Of a stretch of DNA of 64,000 nt, positions 54,879-64,000 are shown piece after piece. The position numbers and the translations under genes are program-made. The stretch's first letter is position 1; every line of letters begins with the position of its first letter. The stretch comes from Eledone cirrhosa. Its lineage: Eukaryota. Under the pieces are notes generated by a model. That model made no database searches, was not told the origin of the DNA, and worked only from the letters and a program-made list of their open reading frames with translations. Location: assembly GCA_964016885.1 (NCBI GenBank), contig OZ024743.1, positions 297,724,001 through 297,788,000 on the forward strand. Reading direction: 5' to 3'.

Positions 54879-56319
54879 AAAGACATTCATTTTGAAGTAG
54901 ATGAATCAAAATGTTTTTAAATTCATTTTATTTTCATTATATATCTTGCGTATTAGATAGTTATGTATATATAATTTTGCATTTGTTAAAACAATATACA
55001 TTCTATAGAGAGTTTACTTCATATATTTAACTGATACTTCAAGTTCTGTTATAAATACTGCTATCTAAAACAAATAAAAATCACATCTTTTCTTCTGCTA
55101 TTGCTACTTGTTCTCATTCACCATATATCGTAGATGAGATAGAGATTCATACATACACTACAAACTATCATACTAATCACCATAAACAACCTTATTATTG
55201 ATAATCTAATAGAAAATCATAGTAAAATAAAACAAGTTAATTGAAATCTACTGTGTTTTATTGAGTAATTGAAATATCAAACAATGATAGTTCGATTAAA
55301 ATCAAATAAATAAAATAGAAAATACATTATTATAATTTTCGAAGAAAAACGGTTCACAATCACGTCGAAACCTCCCAATAAGCGATGAAATGTAATTACA
55401 ATTAGTAGCCTACCTTGTCCTGTTCTTATAAAAAGACACATTTGAATCCCCATACAATTTAAAGCGAATATTTACAAAATTACATGGAATCATGATGGCA
55501 GAATTTCCCTTAGATGCACGTAAAAGACGTGATAATAGAAATATTTCAAACCGAGCCGTCTTTGAAATATGGTGGGTATATTATTCCAGGCATCATTTGT
55601 ATTACAGTAATACTACCATTGACAAAATTAACTTGTGTTATAAAAGGTAACATTTTCACAATGAACGTTACATTTGTAAAACCTCTCTACTCAAATGCTT
55701 TCCTATGACGTCACAACATATATTTTTATATTTAGATTGGACGAATTAGTTTAGCATTTCTCACTTTAGTCAAGAAATGAGAACATCGCTAAAGAAGGAA
55801 ATAAGCTGATATATTAAGGTAGTGTGTAAGATAGTGTGTAAATAGTGTTGAAATCGAATGAAGAGGACATTTGGTTAAACACTGAATGTGACTAATAATG
55901 GATTGAAATGCTCCAATTTTTACTCTAGCATTCCTGTACTTTCCAGTCCTATTTCTTGATAATCAAATAGTCTATTTTATTTTTAACATAGCAAGAAAGA
56001 GTTTCAATCTTGTAGTTTCGTTATTGTTTCTTTATATTTGTGAGATCATATTTAACAATGTATACAAACTATCTCTGAATATACTTTTAAAAGAATATAT
56101 TGCATACATGAGTTCATGATAATTAGATGTAGTCATTGACGAGAGGAAAGAAGCGCTGAGAGTGAGAGAAACTGGAAAACACGCAAAACCAAAGATATTG
56201 TTAGACAAATTATTGCCTTTTCAAATGAAAAATAATGAGAATAAAAGAATCGAGCGTGTAAGGAATTGAAGATTAAATAAGACTTACTAGACTAAACTTA
56301 AATATTATGGCAAAAACTG

Positions 56320-56401
56320 CGACGAAGATGAGATTCAAACTCATGCGGCACGATCCCAATGGTTTAGCAGTCCATCGCCTAAACCACTCGGCCACCTCGT
56401 C
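56320..56401 (-). pseudogene. tRNA-Ser(GCT)-like, C56T and A31-A39 mismatch
   Basis: Plus-strand 'ttcaaactc' and 'ggtttagc'. Confidence 0.75.
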
Positions 56402-56874
56402 AATTTTGATAAGAAAAGTGGAACTCTTCACATAGAAAACTGAAGTTTGAAATAAACGTTTATGAATATAATCGCTTGAAAGTTGATAATTTGGTGATAG
56501 AAGAATGTCAGCATTCTTATTCTATGTTAGTATGGGAGAACGAAAGATTACCAACTATTTTAAAGTATGAAAGGAAATAATCACTAAAATTGTTTTAAGT
56601 TATTTTATGGTTGTGTTTAAGAAACCTAAGACTGGTTTTAAGGGAAGACAGATTGGAATTAAGATTTCCCCCAGACCAACATCGAATGATAACATCTTTT
56701 CTATGCTATTACAATTTACATGATTTTCAGTGAAATTGAATTAAATATCCAAATGTTAGTTAATTCTCCGGACAAAATGTTGTCATCGACACGGAAGAAT
56801 TAGAGTGACATTGAACGATAATATTGTCTAAAACATACCTACACTAATTTAAATTGACAACCATTGAACGTACA

Positions 56875-56947
56875 GGGCTTGTGGCGCAATGGATAACGCG
56901 CCTGACTACGGATCAGGAGATTCCAGGTTCGACTCCTGGCAAGCTCG
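56875..56947 (+). tRNA. tRNA-Arg(ACG), consensus
   Basis: Consensus cloverleaf. Confidence 0.95.
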
Positions 56948-57500
56948 AAAGACTTTCATTTTGAAGTAGATGTATCAAAATGTTTTTAAATTCATTTTAT
57001 TTTCACTATATATCTTGCGTATTAGATAGTTATGTATATATAATTTTGCATTTATTAAAACAATATACATTCTATAGAGAGTTTATTCATATATTTAACC
57101 GATACTTCAAGTTCTGTTATAAATACTGCTATCTAAAACAAATAAAAATCACATCTTTCTTCTGCTATTGCTACTTGTTCTCATTCACCATATATCGTAG
57201 ATGAGATAGAGATTCATACATACACTACAAACTATCATACTAATCACCATAAACAAACTTATTATTGATAATCTAATAGAAAATCATAGTAAAATAAAAC
57301 AAGTTAATTGAAATCTACTGTGTTTTATTGAGTAATTGAAATATCAAACAATGATAGTTCGATTAAAATCAAATAAATAAAATAGAAAATACATTATTGT
57401 AATTTTCGAAGAAAAACGGTTCGCAATCACGTCGAAACTTCCCAATGAGCGATGAAATGCAATTACAATTAGTAGCCTACCTTGTCCTGTTCTTATAAAA

Positions 57501-58206
57501 ACCCTAACCCTAACCCTAACCCTAACCCTAACCCTAACCCTAACCCTAAACCTAACCCTAACCCTAACCCTAACCCTAACCCTAACCCTAACCCTAACCC
57601 TAACCCTAACCCCAACCCTAACCCTAACCCTAACCCCAACCCTAACCCTAACCCTAACCCCAACCCTAACCCTAACCCTAACCCCAACCCCAACCCTAAC
57701 CCTAACCCCAACCCCAATCCCAACCCTAACCCTAACCCCAACCCCAACCCCAACCCCAACCCTAACCCTAACCCTAACCCTAACCCTAACCCTAACCCTA
57801 ACGCCAACCCTAACCCTAACCCTAACCCCAACCCTAACCCTAACCCTAACCTCAACACTAACCCTAACCCTAACCCCAACCCCAACCCTAACCCTAACCC
57901 CAACCCCAACCCCAACCCTAACCCTAACCCCAACCCCAACCCCAACCCCAACCCCAACCCGAACCCTAACCCTAACCCTAACCCTAACCCTAACCCCAAC
58001 CCTAACCCTAAACCTAACCCTAACCCTAACCCTAACCCCAATCCCAACCCTAACCCCAAGCCTAACCCTAACCCTAACCCTAACCCTAACCCCAACCCTA
58101 ACCCTAACCCCAACCCTAACCCTAACCCTAACCCTAACCCTAACCCTAACCCTAACCCTAACCCTAAACCCAACCCTAACCCTAACCCTAACCCTAACCC
58201 TAACCC
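57501..58206. repeat. Interstitial telomeric tract (CCCTAA)n, ~117 hexamers
   Basis: 706 bp with many CCCCAA variants, flanked on both sides by array spacer. Confidence 0.99.
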
Positions 58207-59088
58207 TTTACAATTCAAAAGGGAATATTTACAAAATTAGATGGAATCATAATGGCAGAATTTCCCTTAGATGCACGTAAAAGACGTGATAATAGAAATA
58301 TTTCAAACCGAGCCGTCTTTAAAATATGGTGAGTATATTACTCCAGGCATCATTTGTATTACAGTAATACTACCATTGACAAAATTAACTTGTGCTAATA
58401 AAAGGTAACATTTTCACAATGAACGTTACATTTGTAAAACCTCTCTACTCAAATGCTTTCCTATGGCGTTACAACATATATATTTTTATATTTAGATTGG
58501 ACAAATTAGTTTAGCTTTTCTCACTTTAGCCAAGAAATGAGAACATCGCTAAAGAAAGAAATAAGCTGATATAGTAAGGTAGTGTTTAAGATAGTGTGTA
58601 AATAGTGTTGAAATCGAATGAAGAGGACATTTGGTTAAACACTGAATGTGACTAATAATGGATTGAAATGCTCCAATTTTTACTTTCAGATCTCTTGCAT
58701 TCCTGTACTTTCCATTTCTATTTCTTGATAATCAAATGGTCTATTTTATTTTTAACATAGCAAGAAAGAGTTTCAATCTTGTAGTTTCGTTATTGTTTCT
58801 TTATATTTGTGAGATCATATCTAACAATGTATACAAACTATCTCTGAATATACTTTTAAAAGAATATATTGCATACATGAGTTCATGATAATTAGATGTA
58901 GTCATTGACGAGAGGAAAGAAGCGCTGAGAGTGAGAGAAACTGGAAAACACGCAAAACCAAAGATATTGTTAGACAAATTATTGCCTTTTCAAATGAAAA
59001 ATAATGAGAATAAAAGAATCGAGCGTGTAAGGAATTGAAGATTAAATAAGACTTACTAGACTAAACTTAAATATTATTGCAAAAACTG

Positions 59089-59170
59089 CGACGAAGATGA
59101 GATTCAAACTCATGCGGCACGATCCCAATGGTTTAGCAGTCCATCGCCTAAACCACTCGGCCACCTCGTC
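59089..59170 (-). pseudogene. tRNA-Ser(GCT)-like, C56T and A31-A39 mismatch
   Basis: Same as the copy at 56320. Confidence 0.75.
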
Positions 59171-59643
59171 AATTTTGATAAGAAAAGTGGAACTCTTCAC
59201 ATAGAAAACTGAAGTTTGAAATAAACGTTTATGAATATAATCGCTTGAAAGTTGATAATTTGGTGATAGAAGAATGTCAGCATTCTTATTCTATGATAGT
59301 ATGGGAGAACGAAAGATTACCAACTATTTTAAAGTATGAAAGGAAATAATCACTAAAATTGTTTTAAGTTATTTTATGGTTGTGTTTAAGAAACCTAAGA
59401 CTGGTTTTAAGGGAAGACAGATTGGAATTAAGATTTCCCCCAGACCAACATCGAATGATAACATCTTTTCTATGCTATTACAATTTACATGATTTCCAAT
59501 GAAATTGAATTAAATATCCAAATGTTAGTTAATTTTCCGGACAAAATGTTGTCATCGACACGGAAGAATTAGAGTGACATTCAACGATAATATTGTCTAA
59601 AACATACATACACAAATTTAAATTGACAACCATTCACTAAACT

Positions 59644-59716
59644 GGGCTTGTGGCGCAATGGATAACGCGCCTGACTACGGATCAGCAGATTCCAGGTTCG
59701 ACTCCTGGCAAGCTCG
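59644..59716 (+). tRNA. tRNA-Arg(ACG), C27-C43 mismatch
   Basis: ...GGATCAGCAGATT. Confidence 0.85.
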
Positions 59717-60270
59717 AAAGACCTTCATTTTGAAGTAGATGTATCAAAATGTTTTTAAATTCATTTTATTTTCACTATATATCTTGCGTATTAGATAGTT
59801 ATGTATATATAATTTTGCATTTATTAAAACAATATACATTCTATAGAGAGTTTACTTCATATATTTAACCGATACTTCAAGTTCTGTTATAAATACTGCT
59901 ATCTAAACAAATAAAAATCACATCTTTTCTTCTGCTATTGCTACTTGTTCTCATTCACCATATATCGTAGATGAGATAGAGATTCATACATACACTACAA
60001 ACTATCATACTAATCACCATAAACAACCTTATTATTGATAATCTAATAGAAAATCATAGTAAAATAAAACAAGTTAATTGAAATCTACTGTGTTTTATTG
60101 AGTAATTGAAATATCAAACAATGATAGTTCGATTAAAATCAAATAAATAAAATAGAAAATACATTATTGTAATTTTCGAAGAAAAACGGTTCGCAATCAC
60201 GTCGAAACTTCCCAATGAGCGATGAAATGTAATTACAATTAGTAGCCTACCTTGTCCTGTTCTTATAAAA

Positions 60271-60706
60271 ACCCTAACCCTAACCCTAACCCTAACCCTA
60301 ACCCTAACCCTAACCCTAACCCTAACCCTAACCCCAACCCTAACCCTAACCCTAACCCCAACCTTAACCCTAACCCTAACCCCAACCCTAACCCTAACCC
60401 TAACCCCAACCCTAACCCTAACCCTAACCTCAACCCTAACCCTAACCCTAACCCCAACCCCAACCCCAACCCTAACCCCAACCCCAACCCCAACCCTAAC
60501 CCTAACCCCAACCCCAACCCCAACCCCAACCCTAACCCTAACCCTAACCCTAACCCTAACCCTAACCCTAACCCCAACCCTAACCCTAACCCCAACCCTA
60601 ACCCTAACCCTAACCCCAACCCTAACCCTAACCCTAACCCTAACCCTAACCCCAACCCTAACCCTAACCCTAACCCTAACCCTAACCCTAACCCTAACCC
60701 TAACCC
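60271..60706. repeat. Interstitial telomeric tract (CCCTAA)n, ~72 hexamers
   Basis: 436 bp; same junctions as the first tract. Confidence 0.99.
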
Positions 60707-61588
60707 TTTACAATTCAAAAGGGAATATTTACAAAATTACATGGAATCATGATGGCAGAATTTCCCTGAGATGCACGTAAAAGACGTGATAATAGAAATA
60801 TTTCAAACCGAGCCGTCTTTAAAATATGGTGAGTATATTACTCCAGGCATCATTTGTATTACAGTAATACTACCATTGACAAAATTAACTTGTGCTAATA
60901 AAGGGTAACATTTTCACAATGAACGTTACATTTGTAAAACCTCTCTACTCAAATGCTTTCCTATGACGTCACAACATATATATTTTTATATTTAGATTGG
61001 ACAAATTAGTTTAGCTTTTCTCACTTTAGTCAAGAAATGAGAACATCGCTAAAGAAGGAAATAAGCTGATATAGTAAGGTAGTGTTTAAGATAGTGTGTA
61101 AATAGTGTTGAAATCGAATGAAGAGGACATTTGGTTAAACACTGAATGTGACTAATAATGGATTGAAATGCTCCAATTTTTACTTTCAGATCTCTAGCAT
61201 TCCTGTACTTTCCATTTCTATTTCTTGATAATCAAATGGTCTATTTTATTTTTAACATAGCAAGAAAGAGTTTCAATCTTGTAGTTTCGTTATTGTTTCT
61301 TTATATTTGTGAGATCATATCTAACAATGTATACAAACTATCTCTGAATATACTTTTAAAAGAATATATTGCATACATGAGTTCATGATAATTAGATGTA
61401 GTCATTGACGAGAGGAAAGAAGCGCTGAGAGTGAGAGAAACTGGAAAACACGCAAAACCAAAGATATTGTTAGACAAATTATTGCCTTTTCAAATGAAAA
61501 ATAATGAGAATAAAAGAATCGAGCGTGTAAGGAATTGAATATTAAATAAGACTTACTAGACTAAACTTAAATATTATGGCAAAAACTG

Positions 61589-61670
61589 CGACGAAGATGA
61601 GATTCAAACTCATGCGGCACGATCCCAATGGTTTAGCAGTCCATCGCCTAAACCACTCGGCCACCTCGTC
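61589..61670 (-). pseudogene. tRNA-Ser(GCT)-like, C56T and A31-A39 mismatch
   Basis: Same as the copy at 56320. Confidence 0.75.
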
Positions 61671-62143
61671 AATTTTGATAAGAAAAGTGGAACTCTTCAC
61701 ATAGAAAACTGAAGTTTGAAATAAACGTTTATAAATATAATCGCTTGAAAGTTGATAATTTGGTGATAGAAGAATGTCAGCATTCTTATTCTATGATAGT
61801 ATGGGAGAACGAAAGATTACCAACTATTTTAAAGTATGAAAGGAAATAATCACTAAAATTGTTTTAAGTTATTTTATGGTTGTGTTTAAGAAACCTAAGG
61901 CTAGTTTTAAGGGAAGACAGATTGGAATTAAGATTTCCCCCAGACCAACATCGAATGATAACATCTTTTCTATGCTATTACAATTTACATGATTTCCAAT
62001 GAAATTGAATTAAATATCCAAATGTTAGTTAATTTTCCGGACAAAATGTTGTCATCGACACGGAAGAATTAGAGTGACATTCAACGATAATATTGTCTAA
62101 AACATACATACACTAATTTAAATTGACAACCATTTACTGAACT

Positions 62144-62216
62144 GGGCTTGTGGCGCAATGGATAACGTGCCTGACTACGGATCAGGAGATTCCAGGTTCG
62201 ACTCCTGGCAAGCTCG
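62144..62216 (+). tRNA. tRNA-Arg(ACG), G10-U25 wobble
   Basis: Cloverleaf intact. Confidence 0.9.
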
Positions 62217-62770
62217 AAAGATCTTCATTTTGAAGTAGATGTATCAAAATGTTTTTAAATTCATTCTATTTTCACTATATATCTTGCGTATTAGATAGTT
62301 ATGTATATATAATTTTGCATTTATTAAAACAATATACATTCTATAGAGAGTTTACTTCATATATTTAACCGATACTTCAAGTTCTGTTATAAATACTTCT
62401 ATCTAAACAAATAAAAATCACATCTTTTCTTCTGCTATTGCTACTTGTTCTCATTCACCATATATCGTAGATGAGATAGAGATTCATACATACACTACAA
62501 ACTATCATACTAATCACCATAAACAACCTTATTATTGATAATCTAAGAGAAAATCATAGTAAAATAAAACAAGTTAATTGAAATCTACTGTGTTTTATTG
62601 AGTAATTGAAATATCAAACAATGATAGTTCGATTAAAATCAAATAAATAAAATAGAAAATACATTATTGTAATTTTCGAAGAAAAACGGTTCGCAATCAC
62701 GTCGAAACTTCCCAATAAGCGATGAAATGTAATTACAATTAGTAGCCTATCTTGTCCTGTTCTTATAAAA

Positions 62771-63290
62771 ACCCTAACCCTAACCCTAACCCTAACCCTA
62801 ACCCTAACCCTAACCCTAACCCTAACCCTAACCCTAACCCTAACCCCAACCCTAACCCTAACCCTAACCCCAACCCTAACCCTAACCCTAACCCTAACCC
62901 CAACCCTAACCCTAACCCTAACCTCAACCCTAAACCTAACCCTAACCCCAACCCCAACCCTAACCCTAACCCCAACCCCAACCCCAACCCTAACCCTAAC
63001 ACCAACCCCAACCCCAACCCCAACCCCAACCCTAACCCTAACCCTAACCCTAACCCTAACGCTAACCCTAACCCCAACCCTAACCCTAACCCTAACCCTA
63101 ACCCCAACCCCAACCCTAACCCCAACCCTAACCCTAACCCTAACCCTAACCCTAACCCCAACCCTAACCCTAACCCCAACCCTAACCCTAACCCTAACCC
63201 CAACCCTAACCCTAACCCTAACCCTAACCCTAACCCCAACCCTAACCCTAACCCTAACCCTAACCCTAACCCTAACCCTAACCCTAACCC
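62771..63290. repeat. Interstitial telomeric tract (CCCTAA)n, ~86 hexamers
   Basis: 520 bp; same junctions as the first tract. Confidence 0.99.
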
Positions 63291-64000
63291 TTTACAATTC
63301 AAAAGGGAATATTTACAAAATTACATGGAATCATGATGGCAGAATTTCCCTTAGATGCACGTAAAAGACGTGATAATAGAAATATTTCAAACCGAGCCGT
63401 CTTTAAAATATGGTGAGTATATTACTCCAGGCATCATTTGTATTACAGTAAAACTACCATTGACAAAATTAACTTGTGCTAATAAAAGGTAACATTTTCA
63501 CTATGAACGTTACATTTGTAAAACCTCTCTACTCAAATGCTTTCCTATGACGTCACAACATATATATTTTTATATTTAGATTGGACAAATTAGTTTAGCT
63601 TTTCTCACTTTAGTCAAGAAATGAGAACATCGCTAAAGAAGGAAATAAGCTGATATAGTAAGGTAGTGTTTAAGATAGTGTGTAAATAGTGTTGAAATCG
63701 AATGAAGAGGACATTTGGTTAAACACTGAATGTGACTAATAATGGATTGAAATGCTCCAATTTTTACTTTCAGATCTCTAGCATCCCTGTACTTTCCATT
63801 TCTATTTCTTGATAATCAAATGGTCTATTTTATTTTTAACATAGCAAGAAAGAGTTTCAATCTTGTAGTTTCGTTATTGTTTCTTTATATTTGTGAGATC
63901 ATATCTAACAATGTATACAAACTATCTCTGAATATACTTTTAAAAGAATATATTGCATACATGAGTTCATGATAATTAGATGTAGTCATTGACGAGAGGA

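Larger units (their letters stand above)
8371..64000. repeat. Tandem tRNA-gene array (macrosatellite), ~2.08 kb unit, 26 units plus a partial one, running off the window
   Basis: Successive tRNA-Arg starts are 2069-2088 bp apart (2769 and 2500 bp where a telomeric tract is inserted). Spacers are near-identical. Confidence 0.99.

Noticed and set aside
20162-55708. Repeated 64-aa ORF (MHVKDVIIEIF...)
   Set aside because: No recognisable domain, and it is disrupted in edge units. It recurs only because the unit is repeated.
57501-63290. True telomere or end-to-end fusion site
   Set aside because: Array spacer continues in register on both sides of each tract. All tracts have the same orientation, with no head-to-head TTAGGG/CCCTAA junction.
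57482-63336. Long (NP)n and (GL)n ORFs
   Set aside because: These are translations of CCCTAA/TTAGGG with TTG starts. GL dipeptide products of telomeric RNA have been reported in mammals, but nothing here indicates transcription or translation.
8371-64000. CRISPR array, rDNA/5S array, or tandem SINE/LTR element
   Set aside because: No unique spacers, rRNA sequence, LTRs or SINE body/tail. The tRNAs are full length with their own terminators.

Overview
AT-rich eukaryotic (animal) DNA with no intact protein-coding gene. The SINE types resemble those I recall from octopus/cephalopod genomes; this is an inference. Bases 1-7.9 kb are decayed transposons: tRNA-derived SINEs, a Penelope-like remnant with a hammerhead-like motif, the 3' end of a CRE-like RLE retrotransposon, and a Helitron RepHel split by a mariner element. 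From about 8.37 kb to the window end is a tandem array of a ~2.08 kb unit (26 units plus a partial one). Each unit carries a divergent pair of tRNA genes: tRNA-Ser(GCT) on the minus strand, with at least one lesion in every copy, and tRNA-Arg(ACG) on the plus strand, mostly intact, with anticodon variants ACT (x2) and TCG (x1). The array shows dimer/trimer higher-order duplications and a homogeneous core between two edge layers that share variants. The last three units each contain a 436-706 bp (CCCTAA)n telomeric tract at exactly the same site with identical junctions, so an interstitial telomeric sequence has become part of the tRNA repeat unit and been amplified with it.
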